Program-made: the position numbers and the translations under genes
Shown here: positions 1 to 9,742 of the stretch, piece after piece
Layout: every line of letters begins with the position of its first letter
Position numbering within the stretch: position 1 is the stretch's first letter
NCBI GenBank assembly: GCA_030586555.1
Contig: JAURAC010000027.1
Coordinates: forward strand, 1-44,921
DNA length: 44,921 nucleotides
Direction of reading: 5' to 3'
Source: Candidatus Subterrananammoxibius californiae
GTDB lineage: Bacteria > Planctomycetota > Brocadiia > Brocadiales > Subterrananammoxibiaceae
Notes under the pieces: model-generated
Databases searched by the model: none
Seen by the model: the letters and a program-made list of their open reading frames with translations, nothing else
What the model was told of the DNA's origin: nothing

Positions 1-1
1 T

Positions 2-865
2 ACATTTTGCCTCAAAGGATTGGCTTTTATCAATCTCCGTTACAAGCGTGGCAGGATTATTATAGATGGGCTGGTTATTGCTATTATACCAGTTCTGTGG
101 ATTATAGGCGACCCACTCCTTCGTTGCTTCATTAAACTGGATAGGCAGGATGTAATAACTTTTGCCAATCTTGGTTAAATATCGTTGCTTCCAGATGCCG
201 GTGCCACCCTGGGTACGGTCAACCTTGTACACGATATTTCCTATCCTGACGGTAAAATTCGTACCATCAAAGCCGAGCGCTGGAGCCGGGTTGTAAATAG
301 AAAAATCAGAGACGCTGGCAAGATTACGTTTGCTCTGGAAATCCTTCCTGGCGTCAGGAACAATTCCCGGCGCATCCTGTACCGTCCTTATGCTTTTACT
401 ATGCCGGCTATCCTTCCATGTGAAGTACAGTTCTGCATGGCAGAGCTTACACCTCAGCGAGCCGACGTTGGTGTTTTCATCGAATAAAAGGGGTTTATCT
501 ATGTTGATATTAAGGATGGTTGACTTGGTGTTAAATACCGTAACATCATTTACAGAAACACTTTCGAACCCGTAAAACCAGGCAGTAATCGTATATGTAT
601 TAGGAGAAACGATAAGGGTATATGCGCCGTTATTATCGGTAGTGGTTATAAAGTCATTCTTGTCTGTAGATACCTTAACGCCTTCTGTGGGCTTACCCAT
701 AACGGTGACAGTACCCTTGACGAATCCGAATGGTTCGCCAGCGCGCACTACGGTAGAAACCTTACTTACCTCCTCATCGGCAACAAGATTACAGGAGGAC
801 ACCAACGCTGATGCAAATATGAAAGGTACAAAAATGAAAACCCAACTTTTTATATACCCTTTCAT
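2..865 (-). CDS. Multiheme cytochrome c lipoprotein with N-terminal carboxypeptidase-regulatory-like beta-sandwich (partial, runs off window)
   Basis: Not in the ORF track; translated by hand. ATG at 865 follows an AAGGAG RBS. MKGYIKSWVFIFVPFIFASALVSSC is a lipobox-like signal, followed by VKGTVT...TTTDNNGAYTL, then a CKLCH heme motif, and the frame is open to the edge (...SFEAKC). Confidence 0.8.
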   Translation of the reverse strand, partial: MKGYIKSWVFIFVPFIFASALVSSCNLVADEEVSKVSTVVRAGEPFGFVKGTVTVMGKPTEGVKVSTDKNDFITTTDNNGAYTLIVSPNTYTITAWFYGFESVSVNDVTVFNTKSTILNINIDKPLLFDENTNVGSLRCKLCHAELYFTWKDSRHSKSIRTVQDAPGIVPDARKDFQSKRNLASVSDFSIYNPAPALGFDGTNFTVRIGNIVYKVDRTQGGTGIWKQRYLTKIGKSYYILPIQFNEATKEWVAYNPQNWYNSNNQPIYNNPATLVTEIDKSQSFEAKC

Positions 866-924
866 GACTGTACACTCCTTTATTCAAGAAATGGATTTTA
901 TGAATCCAACAGCGTCTTCTACTT

Positions 925-954
925 ATTATAATACCACACTTAAGGCAAGGTCAA
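925..954 (-). promoter_or_regulatory. Sigma70-like promoter
   Basis: TTGACC-18 bp-TATAAT upstream of the ATG at 865. Confidence 0.55.
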
Positions 955-1006
955 ATGTAGTTAGGACATACCTTGTAGTTGCATATATATTGTGTATTTT
1001 GAGTAA

Positions 1007-2038
1007 CTATCTATGACATATCAGGCAGTCGTCTCCATTGTCCGTGTGAAACAGCCCTCCTCCGCCCCTTCTGTGGCATTCCCTGCAAAGTGTTGCGGGA
1101 GAGGAGGAATGAATCTTATCAATTGGCTTATCTGGCGCTTCAAGATGACTTGGAGCGCCTCTATGACACACAGAGCAATTTGACGGATGACATTTATTAC
1201 AGTGCCTATCAACTGGGAAGCCCCATCCTGCCATGTGGCTCCGCGGCATTGTGTTCTCATGGCACCTGACGCAGAAATCAACCTTATGACATACCTCGCA
1301 TCTATCCCTGTCAATCCCCGCAGTAACTCCATGCCCTGCAAGCCTCCACTGGTTGGTATGGTCTCTCGGTTCCTGGTCCTGATGACAATTGATGCAGCGC
1401 TCACCTGTATGGCACTCGAAGCACATCTGCCTTCCCGCCCCTCTTTCCCAGATGCTCAATGTACCCCTTCTAAATTCCTTTCCATGGACTTCCATGTAAT
1501 TTGCCTTCTCATGATCCCTCGGTGGAACATTATAACGGGTCTCTTTGTGGCACTTTTCGCACAAGAGTTCTTCCCGCCAATTTGCATGGCACTTCGTACA
1601 TGCACCAGTACCAGGAACATGTTCAAGTGTTACCCTTTCGCTTTCTCCAATACCATTATGGCAGTCCTGACACTTAGCCCCATATCCGAGATGGTCGGTG
1701 TGCGAAAACTTCACATCCGCAAACATTGCGATTTGCTTTTCCTTCGCAATTTCCCAGTTGGCTTTTGTGTACAATTCACGCATAGGCTTTCCCTCGTACT
1801 CTTCTCCATGACACCAGATACAAAGGGATTCATCGGGCATGCCAGCCTCGTCCCTCTCCAATGCTGAAGGATGGCAGCCTGTACAGGAAAAGCCTCTTTC
1901 TATATGGCTTTTGTGGTTAAATGTTATTTCACCACGCTCCTTGAGATGAGGTAAATACTTACAACCCACTATAGCCATTAATGCGGCAAGAATATACGTT
2001 AGCCTTAAAAACATCGTTTTCTTCATTAGCTTGCTCAT
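1007..2038 (-). CDS. 13-heme cytochrome c lipoprotein (c3/c7-like)
   Basis: 13 CxxCH motifs counted; lipobox AIVGC; FNHxxH and FSHxxH motifs typical of cytochrome c3. Confidence 0.9.
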   Translation of the reverse strand: MSKLMKKTMFLRLTYILAALMAIVGCKYLPHLKERGEITFNHKSHIERGFSCTGCHPSALERDEAGMPDESLCIWCHGEEYEGKPMRELYTKANWEIAKEKQIAMFADVKFSHTDHLGYGAKCQDCHNGIGESERVTLEHVPGTGACTKCHANWREELLCEKCHKETRYNVPPRDHEKANYMEVHGKEFRRGTLSIWERGAGRQMCFECHTGERCINCHQDQEPRDHTNQWRLAGHGVTAGIDRDRCEVCHKVDFCVRCHENTMPRSHMAGWGFPVDRHCNKCHPSNCSVCHRGAPSHLEAPDKPIDKIHSSSPATLCRECHRRGGGGLFHTDNGDDCLICHR

Positions 2039-2061
2039 GTTTGAGCGGCGCCCCTACAAAA

Positions 2062-2148
2062 GGGTGGCATGGACAATCCGCCAAGCGGATTGTCCGTGTT
2101 CTCCGGAGAGCGAGAGGCACGGACAAACGAGTTTGTCCATGCCACCCC
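2062..2148. repeat. Palindromic REP-like element (GGGTGGCATGG...CCATGCCACCC)
   Basis: Terminal inverted repeats with internal hairpins; a related partial copy lies at about 40153-40224. Confidence 0.7.
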
Positions 2149-2190
2149 AATACAGAAGAGACAACAAGCTAAAACCTCGTTGTCTACCTA

Positions 2191-3546
2191 TCAAAAAATA
2201 AATTTTAAGGACGTATCAACGCTATGATAAGTCTTTGCATCAAAGAATTCGACCTCATAATCAACAGCCGCTTCCCACCTTTTTGACAACTTCCATTTCA
2301 TGTTTGAATAAACCGTCCTTACATTATCGTGTTCTGTATCGGTCAGAAAATCAAACTTATAAAGTGCATAATACGTACCAATTCCAAAGCTCAATCTCTT
2401 ATTTAATGCCTGTTTTGCGTCCACCCCGAAGGTTCGCACTGTATCATTCGACGTGTGGTCTTCCTCACCAGTAATTGAGAAAGAAGTGCCTTTGAATGGA
2501 TAATCATAGGTGAGTAGTGTGGCGTAATACCGATTAAATTCGTGGTTAAAGGCTCCTTCTCTACCGTTATTATCCATGTCTCTTATGCTTACTCCGAGGT
2601 CTACGCCCAGATACTTGCCTATACCTTTGTATACATCAAACGTGTACTGGCTGAAGGCAAAATAACTGCCTAACAAAAAGAAGTACTCATCAAATTCTAT
2701 TGAAAAATCGTTGAGGGTCTTGAGCTGTCTGAAATATGAAAACCTGACGTCAAGGTCAATATCGGGAAAACTCCAGATAGAACGCACCTGCGCATCCCTG
2801 CCCTCTCCATTAATTAATGAGTACCTTCCAAAGACGTCCCACCATTGAGCCACATACTGCCATGCGCTTAATACATAAAGATTATCCTCGTGATTGCCAA
2901 TAGTTTTATTATCATCGTTAACATGTATATAATCCAATCTTACCCGCGTGCCATCGAGAGGCTTGACTTCTGAAGCCGCTCCAGCAATAAAGTCTCCGTC
3001 TGGCTGCGATTCAAAGAGATGCACGGGCACCCCTCCATAGGCTATAAATCGCAATCCGCCTTGGGCGGATAACTCTTTAAAATCCAGCTTTGCGCCATCA
3101 AAATGGAGCGGCTCGACATCGTAAAGATACTGCCGCCCTATGCGTGTAGTATCAATTATTCCAACGTCCCTGATGTCAGCATATAACTCATACAAACGCC
3201 CTGTAAGCGTTTTTTGATACGTGTCATCAATTGAGGCAAAGACCCCTCGTTCCTTTTCAAGGTTTTCACGCAACGTGCCATAAAGATTTGCAGTAAGTTT
3301 GTCCTTTCTTTCGTCGCCGAGTCGGAGGTTCAAATACTGATAAAAATCATTGTCCGTTCCGTTACCCGCAAGGCTTCTGAACCTGTGCCTCGTGCGGATA
3401 TAGCCATGCAGATTGGAGAGCAGGTTGGTTTCGTCCTGTAAGGCAGGATATATATCCTGTCCTACAGAAGTTCCTTGCCAAAAGGCAATGGGCAATAGGC
3501 AATAGGCAATAGCGACAAACAACGGTTTCACGCTATTGTTTTCCAC
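2191..3546 (-). CDS. Outer-membrane beta-barrel, probable porin of a porin-cytochrome conduit
   Basis: Signal peptide, alternating aromatic beta-strand pattern, C-terminal Phe (SLKFIF), and position between multiheme cytochrome genes. Confidence 0.8.
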   Translation of the reverse strand: MENNSVKPLFVAIAYCLLPIAFWQGTSVGQDIYPALQDETNLLSNLHGYIRTRHRFRSLAGNGTDNDFYQYLNLRLGDERKDKLTANLYGTLRENLEKERGVFASIDDTYQKTLTGRLYELYADIRDVGIIDTTRIGRQYLYDVEPLHFDGAKLDFKELSAQGGLRFIAYGGVPVHLFESQPDGDFIAGAASEVKPLDGTRVRLDYIHVNDDNKTIGNHEDNLYVLSAWQYVAQWWDVFGRYSLINGEGRDAQVRSIWSFPDIDLDVRFSYFRQLKTLNDFSIEFDEYFFLLGSYFAFSQYTFDVYKGIGKYLGVDLGVSIRDMDNNGREGAFNHEFNRYYATLLTYDYPFKGTSFSITGEEDHTSNDTVRTFGVDAKQALNKRLSFGIGTYYALYKFDFLTDTEHDNVRTVYSNMKWKLSKRWEAAVDYEVEFFDAKTYHSVDTSLKFIF

Positions 3547-4885
3547 TACGAAGTTTCTCCGCTTCAGCCTTTATCTTCTCAAGCTCTATCTTCATCTCCT
3601 TCCAGCCGTACCATTGCTGATACTCAGGCACAATATGATATATGCCCTGGAAGTTTCGCATGCGATGGGTAAAGAACATCCTGTAAAGCATTTGCTCTAT
3701 TTGCGTATCCGTCTCGTAGAAACGCAAAATATCCCCGTGAGCAGGGAAATGCCTCTCCCGAGGCAAGACCTTATTATTGTATAAGTCTTCAACAATACTT
3801 ACAGCCTCTGCCATTAGGGCATCTGATGCCTTCATGATGTTATCCGCATTTTTAAACTTTTCTATCACGTAGGTCCTCGTATGGCATTGCGTACAGACTT
3901 TAACCATTGCCTCCCTTTGTGCAAGCCACTCCTCGCTGGAAAGCTCTGAGAGTATCCCTGCATCAATAATATCCTGCCTCCCCGTTGGTTTTCCCTCTTC
4001 ATCAAGCACACCGAAGCCCTTGAGTATGGTTTTCCTGTAATCAAACCATTCCTCATCACCACCTAATACTAAGGGAACAGCAAGGATACCCCATGAAGTA
4101 GTGATTGCATGGTTCCCTTTATCCATGTGACAGGTAACACAAACGGCAGTCCTGGGGCTTTTCGACCACGCCTCGAAGGGACCGCCATACCAGTCCCCTA
4201 TCTTTCTGAACCAGTTCCACGTATTCGATTCCAGTCTATACACCGAGCCATGTTTTGAACTCATGTACATTTCTGTTTCCGGGTGCTCAGCGCCTTTATG
4301 GCATGCCTCGCATGTTTCTGGTCTTCTTGCCCATGCGGTAGAAAACCTATGTCTTGTGTGGCAACTGTCGCATTTTTCCTCATCCTTGCCAATTCTGTGA
4401 CAGCCTTCACAACCCTGCTCACCGCCTGTCAGTTCATGCGACCTTGCCATATCCACCACCACATCCCACGCACGGGCATGCTTGCTCCTGTCAAATTGTT
4501 TACCCTGCTCCTCGTGACATTTGCTTGTCAAACAATTTTTTGGAGACACAACCCTCCTGACGTTTTTATCCTCACATGCACTCGGCGTGAAAAGGATTTC
4601 GCTTGCAGCTTCTACAGGCACATGGCACCCATTACAACCAATCTTCTTTGCCGCATGAAGACTGAGCTTCCAATCCCTTATCGCACTCATAGAAATACCC
4701 CGCTCGCTATGGCAGTTGATGCATTTCTCCGTCTCAGGGGTGTAATAAGATTCCCTTAATTCCCTTACTTCCGCACATCCGGCAACTGTAAACAAAAGCA
4801 GGCAAATGCAACGTAGAAAATGATTCCAACTGGTGAAAGGTCCGCCAAAACGATTGGCGGACTCGTCTATCTTTTTGGCGAGCAT
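3533..4885 (-). CDS. HAO-family octaheme cytochrome c lipoprotein (7 CxxCH + 1 CX4CH)
   Basis: CDSCHTRHRFS and ARRPETCEACH motifs; CLTSKCH; lipobox VAGC; helical C-terminus ending in WYGW. Confidence 0.85.
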   Translation of the reverse strand: MLAKKIDESANRFGGPFTSWNHFLRCICLLLFTVAGCAEVRELRESYYTPETEKCINCHSERGISMSAIRDWKLSLHAAKKIGCNGCHVPVEAASEILFTPSACEDKNVRRVVSPKNCLTSKCHEEQGKQFDRSKHARAWDVVVDMARSHELTGGEQGCEGCHRIGKDEEKCDSCHTRHRFSTAWARRPETCEACHKGAEHPETEMYMSSKHGSVYRLESNTWNWFRKIGDWYGGPFEAWSKSPRTAVCVTCHMDKGNHAITTSWGILAVPLVLGGDEEWFDYRKTILKGFGVLDEEGKPTGRQDIIDAGILSELSSEEWLAQREAMVKVCTQCHTRTYVIEKFKNADNIMKASDALMAEAVSIVEDLYNNKVLPRERHFPAHGDILRFYETDTQIEQMLYRMFFTHRMRNFQGIYHIVPEYQQWYGWKEMKIELEKIKAEAEKLRSGKQ

Positions 4886-4931
4886 GAGTAATTCTCCTTT
4901 TTTAATTCCTTCGGTAAACTCAGGACAAGGT

Positions 4932-6320
4932 TTAACGTTTCTCAGAACGTAACCTTTCTGCCATGTTCTTTATCTCCTGGAGGTCCATCTTCATCTCAGC
5001 CCAACCGTACCATTGCTGATAATTTGGATTTATGTGGAAGGCGCCTTGATAGGCACGCATCCTGTGGACAAGGAACATCGTATAAAGGCGGAGTTCTATT
5101 GGGTTCTTTACTTCATAATATCGTAAAAGGTCTGTGTGGGGTGGATAAGCTTCTGCTTCAGGGAGTATTCCATCCTTATAAAGCCCGTCAACTATTTCTA
5201 TTGCCTCTGCCATTAATTTGTCACATGCCTTTATAATATCATCAGCCGCTTCCAGTGTACTTTTTGAATAGCTGTAGGCATGGCATTTAGCGCATATCTT
5301 AATCATTTTATCCCTGCTTGCCTGCCATTCCTCATCAGTAAGCCCCACCTTCCCCTCCGGCATAAATACCTTGAAACGTTCCGTAAGATTGCCTTCCTCT
5401 TCCATGAATCCGAGTCCCTTGAAGATGGTATTTCTATACCCCCTCCACTCCTCGTCCTTTTCAGATAATCGCAGCGCCCAGAAGCCCCAGGACGTCTTTA
5501 CGGCGTGATTACCATCAGGCATGTGGCATGTAATACAAACAGGCGCTCTCGGAATTACAGGGGATTTAAGGAGCGGCATTGTGTACCATTCGGCAATCTT
5601 TTTGTTCCAGTGCCAATTCTGTCCCTCAACTGCATAGATTGAACCGTGCTTGGACGTGCTGTACATCTCCCATTGTGGGTGGTCATGACCAATGTGGCAG
5701 GGCTGGCATGCCTCAGGCCTTCTTGCCTCTGCCGCAGAAAAACGGTGTCGGGTATGGCATGAATCGCATTTACCCTCATCCCTGCCTATTCTGTGGCAAC
5801 CGCCGCAGCCTTTTTCACCTTCGATTAAGATTTTTCCGCCTGAGGCGGATTCCTTTGCGGTTGGCAAGGATTTAAGGATGTCCCACGCCATGGCATGTTT
5901 ACCACTTGCAAACTGGTGTGCCTGGGCAAAATGGCACTTTTCACAGTTTGTTGGGGAAACACTCCTTCTTACGCTCTTGTCCTCACAAGCCGTCTTTGCA
6001 TCCAGTACATCTGAGGCGGATGTCGCCTCCACAATGGGAAGATGACATTGGTCGCAGCCAACTTCGTTAAGAGCGTGGGTACTTAATTCCCAATCTCGAA
6101 GGGCAATAGCGGAGACGCCTTTTGTACGATGACACTCTATGCAGGTTTTAGCCTTTTCAGAAATCTTTGTCTCAGGTGTCTCCTTCCTATAAGGCGCATA
6201 ACCCTCACAGCCCCCAAGGACAATAAGACAAAGCCCAATAAAAAGTATCGTTCCGCGTGTAGGGACGACCCGCCGGGTCGCCCCTGCAAAGTCTCGCAGT
6301 GACATGCGTCTTAGATTCAT
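4932..6320 (-). CDS. HAO-family octaheme cytochrome c lipoprotein
   Basis: 8 CxxCH motifs, CDSCHTRHRFS, GHDHPQWEMY, HINPNYQQWYGW; lipobox LGGC. The start at 6320 rather than 6356 is uncertain. Confidence 0.85.
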   Translation of the reverse strand: MNLRRMSLRDFAGATRRVVPTRGTILFIGLCLIVLGGCEGYAPYRKETPETKISEKAKTCIECHRTKGVSAIALRDWELSTHALNEVGCDQCHLPIVEATSASDVLDAKTACEDKSVRRSVSPTNCEKCHFAQAHQFASGKHAMAWDILKSLPTAKESASGGKILIEGEKGCGGCHRIGRDEGKCDSCHTRHRFSAAEARRPEACQPCHIGHDHPQWEMYSTSKHGSIYAVEGQNWHWNKKIAEWYTMPLLKSPVIPRAPVCITCHMPDGNHAVKTSWGFWALRLSEKDEEWRGYRNTIFKGLGFMEEEGNLTERFKVFMPEGKVGLTDEEWQASRDKMIKICAKCHAYSYSKSTLEAADDIIKACDKLMAEAIEIVDGLYKDGILPEAEAYPPHTDLLRYYEVKNPIELRLYTMFLVHRMRAYQGAFHINPNYQQWYGWAEMKMDLQEIKNMAERLRSEKR

Positions 6321-6431
6321 GTCCCAACCCTCGTTCCTCACCCATCCCTTCCCCAAGGGGCAGGGACGGGGTAAGGGTAAAATTTATTTTAAATAAAGCC
6401 GAACTCTGAATGTTTCTCCTTTTTCGCCATA

Positions 6432-6440
6432 ATTATAACA
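6432..6440 (-). promoter_or_regulatory. Extended -10 promoter for the cytochrome cluster
   Basis: TGtTATAAT upstream of the first HAO-like gene. Confidence 0.4.
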
Positions 6441-6527
6441 CAGGATTAATTTTTTTCACCTCAAAAGTTATGCGGGTATTCGGGTATGGTCTTAATTTAA
6501 GGTAGGGAAGAAGCGTGTTGGCTTTTG

Positions 6528-7133
6528 TTAATCCTGAAGATGTGCCTTCACAACGATGAGTTCTGGCCTGGCAAATTCACGGCTTCGGAATAGGGATTCA
6601 AGGTAAATTCTTTCGCCGTAGAGAATGGGCATCCTTGCCTCGAATCTCACGCCAAAAAAGGCAAGCCCTGTGGTCGCCGCACCGGTAGGAACGTTGAGCT
6701 TAAAAAGTATATCGTGCTTTGTATGTGGTTCCGTATAGCCACAGTTATAGGTTGACGTGGACGTTAGAGGGGTGTAGCCTGCATCGGTTGCCTTCTTTAC
6801 AGAAAAGTAGCCGTTATCTATTATTTCTTTGCCAAGGTTGTTTGTATTTCCGAACGAATCGGCAGATATTATAATGTCATTTGCAGGGTCAAGTCCGCCT
6901 GAAGCGGAGTATCTCCCATACCACAATTCAAAGGCAAGCTCCCTGTCGGTTCCCTTCTGGAGCCAGTTCATGGGGATTGTGAGAATTTGCATATCATATT
7001 TGTTTGGACGATAGAGTTCAAGACGCGGCGCATCCCGTTTTGTCCTAACTGGGTCAAAGGTGGTAACAAATGAAAAATTATAGGTCTTGCCTGCTTTTAT
7101 ATGTAATTTTATGTCTTGAGTCGCTTCTGACAT
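6528..7133 (-). CDS. Hypothetical protein, last gene of the phage-like cluster
   Basis: 201 aa beta-rich ORF whose N-terminus resembles that of 15772..16779. Confidence 0.6.
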   Translation of the reverse strand: MSEATQDIKLHIKAGKTYNFSFVTTFDPVRTKRDAPRLELYRPNKYDMQILTIPMNWLQKGTDRELAFELWYGRYSASGGLDPANDIIISADSFGNTNNLGKEIIDNGYFSVKKATDAGYTPLTSTSTYNCGYTEPHTKHDILFKLNVPTGAATTGLAFFGVRFEARMPILYGERIYLESLFRSREFARPELIVVKAHLQD

Positions 7134-7168
7134 ATATTTTCTCTGACAAGAAGAGTTTATCTTAAGGC

Positions 7169-8107
7169 CTATTGAGCTGGCATGCGAGGTTCCGCTATAA
7201 AGCCATGGGTAACCCCGTTGTCATCAACATAGTCCCCTACAATTTGGCTGAGATTATTAATCCCGAAGACACGAGTGCGAGATGCGCCGGGGAAATCAAT
7301 TGTGCTAAAGACTCCTTTATCAAGTAAAAATCCATGGGTCGTACTGCCATCGGAGTAGACCCCCACCATCTGGCTATGATTGTTAATCCCGTGAACCCGT
7401 GTGCCGAGGGCACCTGGGAAATTAATCGTACTGAAGCTGCCAGCGTCATACAAAAAGCCGCTGTACTTTTCTCCTTCTTCCTCTTTGACGTAGAATCCCA
7501 CAATCTTGCTGGTATCGTTAATCCCTATAGGGAATGTGAAAAAGGCGCCCGAGAAATCAATCGTGCTAAAGTTACCCCCGTCAAGTAAGAAGCCATGTAT
7601 CCTGCCGCCATCGGAATAGGCTCCTACAATCTGGTTGGTATTGTTGATTCCATTAGCTTGTGTTAAAGAGGCGCTGGGGTAATCAATCACGTTAAAGCGT
7701 TCGGCGTTGAGCAAAAAGCCATGAACGCCAAGAAATGATGGTGTGTCAAAGTAGAATCCTACAATCTTGCCAGCATTGTTAATCCCGTGAACTTCGGTTT
7801 GGGACGCACCGGGAAAGTCAAGCGTGCTAAATATACCCCCATTAAGCAAAAGACCACGGAACTTTCCTTCTTCACCCTTATATACGCCTACTATCTGCCC
7901 AACATCGTTGACCCTTGTTGTAAAGGTAAGAAGGGCATCGGGATGGTCAATCGTGGTGAAGGTATATTGCGTTGCTTGAGCTGCAGTAGCAATGCCCAAC
8001 ACAAGGCTAAGGATGATGGGAGTTAAAAGCAAGTTCAGGCATCCGCCTGAGGCGGACCTCTGCAGGGGTCGGCTTGCTTTTAACGAATCATTTTGATGTA
8101 GTCGCAT
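7169..8107 (-). CDS. Secreted beta-propeller repeat protein (HAF-like extracellular repeats)
   Basis: Signal peptide followed by about 6 repeats of FSTIDFPGA..T...GINN.GQIVG.Y....HGFL; AGGAGG RBS. Confidence 0.8.
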   Translation of the reverse strand: MRLHQNDSLKASRPLQRSASGGCLNLLLTPIILSLVLGIATAAQATQYTFTTIDHPDALLTFTTRVNDVGQIVGVYKGEEGKFRGLLLNGGIFSTLDFPGASQTEVHGINNAGKIVGFYFDTPSFLGVHGFLLNAERFNVIDYPSASLTQANGINNTNQIVGAYSDGGRIHGFLLDGGNFSTIDFSGAFFTFPIGINDTSKIVGFYVKEEEGEKYSGFLYDAGSFSTINFPGALGTRVHGINNHSQMVGVYSDGSTTHGFLLDKGVFSTIDFPGASRTRVFGINNLSQIVGDYVDDNGVTHGFIAEPRMPAQ

Positions 8108-8202
8108 CGTTTTCCTCCTGCTTTTGATATCATTATGTATTGTGTCTTTTCAGTCATAAGTTAGGCTAAAGGCTGAAGACGACAGGCTGAAGAAAAAGAC
8201 CT

Positions 8203-9273
8203 TTAGCCTATATTTTCTAAAAGAAGCCCTGGATTACCTGCCAAATCCTCAGCATAAATCTTGACATTCACCGTTTGCTCATAGGACCAATTTGTCTGCG
8301 TTTTTACATTGATACAATATTCCCACGGGTCGCCTTCGTAGCTGAAGCCGTTATTGTTTATATTATACCTTACTCCGTCAATTTCCACCCATACCTTTGA
8401 AATATCAACACCGGCGTGCTTATCGCGAAGATAAAATCTCACAGTGCCATCCACAGGCACGTTGGTCAGTCCATTACGTGGGGCAGGATAACGCACAAGG
8501 TATGGCGGATAGCCATCCTTTGATTGGACAAACGTCTTGAGATTCTCTTTAGTCAGGGCAACGCTTTGAATATGTGCCTTGATGTCTTCAAGAACCTTTG
8601 CAACAGCGCCTACGTTAAGCTTCAGGTCTTCCTGTCTCAGCGCAACAGCCGCAGCGGCAGCCTTAAGCAAAATATATGCTGTTGGATATTCAGCCGAGGT
8701 GAATGCTTTGAGGTCCTGGAGGGTAAGTCCAAGCGACTTTATTTCAGCCTTAAAATCCTCAAAAGCTATTGCGTCGCCCCATAGCTGGAAGTTGCCATCC
8801 CCACCATAATTGACCCAGGTGGAACTCCCAGAATCATATCTGCCCAGGAAGTCGTTTGCATCGCCGTAACCACCCGTAGTTTGAACCTTCCAAACAGGAT
8901 TATTCCCATTATCAAGACCGCCGCTGCGACCAACTACAATATGGTATTGTGTATTTGCCTGAAGTATTGGAGGGGAAGGAAATATAAAATCGTACCATGC
9001 GCCCGCAGTATCCGCTGTAAGCGTGCTCATGGCAATAGAGGTTGCTGCCCCATCAGGAATAATTGCGTTGGGAAATCCAGAGCCGCTATTATCCCATATC
9101 TCCAGCGTTACGTTATCAGTAGGCGAGCCGAGTTTGTATAGTAGTACCGAGACCTTTTCGATGGAGACAGTAGTCGTGTGCTTAAAACCCTGGGATAGTT
9201 TGGCGGTGGTAGTTTGATTGCCGAACGACCTGCCGCCATTATTTGTTTCAAAGAATTGTAGTTTAGTTGCCAT
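8203..9273 (-). CDS. Putative virion structural/adhesin protein (beta-sandwich, EDLK repeats, Ig-like C-terminus)
   Basis: N-terminal beta-rich domain, five [E/Q]D[L/I/F]K-like repeats, and a YPAP...TNVPVD Ig-like domain. Confidence 0.55.
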   Translation of the reverse strand: MATKLQFFETNNGGRSFGNQTTTAKLSQGFKHTTTVSIEKVSVLLYKLGSPTDNVTLEIWDNSGSGFPNAIIPDGAATSIAMSTLTADTAGAWYDFIFPSPPILQANTQYHIVVGRSGGLDNGNNPVWKVQTTGGYGDANDFLGRYDSGSSTWVNYGGDGNFQLWGDAIAFEDFKAEIKSLGLTLQDLKAFTSAEYPTAYILLKAAAAAVALRQEDLKLNVGAVAKVLEDIKAHIQSVALTKENLKTFVQSKDGYPPYLVRYPAPRNGLTNVPVDGTVRFYLRDKHAGVDISKVWVEIDGVRYNINNNGFSYEGDPWEYCINVKTQTNWSYEQTVNVKIYAEDLAGNPGLLLENIG

Positions 9274-9278
9274 ATAGA

Positions 9279-9357
9279 AAAATCAAAAATCAAATACCAA
9301 AAATCAAAAATAAAGAGTAATCCTTAATTTTGATATTTGATTTTTAATATTTGATTT
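9279..9357. repeat. Inverted heptamer-repeat element (AAAATCA...TGATTTT)
   Basis: Degenerate 7-mer tandem arms in inverted orientation. Confidence 0.65.
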
Positions 9358-9719
9358 TAATTTCCTCTTCTCCATCCCCAGCTCGGCTCGCCATCGTACT
9401 CCGTGCCCCTTGCACATTTCTTTGTAATAACCTGCCCGAGATGCGCATCATCAAGCATGATTTCGTGAACGGTAACCTTACCATTATTTGCACCCATTAG
9501 AAATATCCTTGCAAGGTATGGCTTTCCGCCCATCTGCTGGATAACCTCAATAAAGTGATTATATTCTTCAAAGCCTTCAAGGACTACATTATTCCCATAA
9601 GGATTAACATACTCCAATTTATAAACAGGCTTATCTGGTAGGTTGTTCCAGCCTGTCTCTGGTTCGCCTAAAGGCTTGCCACAGATTACCTCATCCTCAA
9701 AATACGCAACGAAATGCAT
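9357..9719 (-). CDS. Phage-associated hypothetical protein
   Basis: 120 aa ORF co-oriented within the cluster. Confidence 0.6.
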   Translation of the reverse strand: MHFVAYFEDEVICGKPLGEPETGWNNLPDKPVYKLEYVNPYGNNVVLEGFEEYNHFIEVIQQMGGKPYLARIFLMGANNGKVTVHEIMLDDAHLGQVITKKCARGTEYDGEPSWGWRRGN

Positions 9720-9742
9720 CCCTTTAGCCCTCAGCCTTCAGC

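Noticed and set aside
185..1016. Plus-strand ORFs at 185, 330 and 642, and similar short antisense ORFs across the window
   Set aside because: They are shadows of well-supported opposite-strand genes.
6259..6290. Twin-arginine signal (TRRVV) in the HAO-like protein
   Set aside because: The residues derive from a REP insertion, and c-type cytochromes normally use Sec export.
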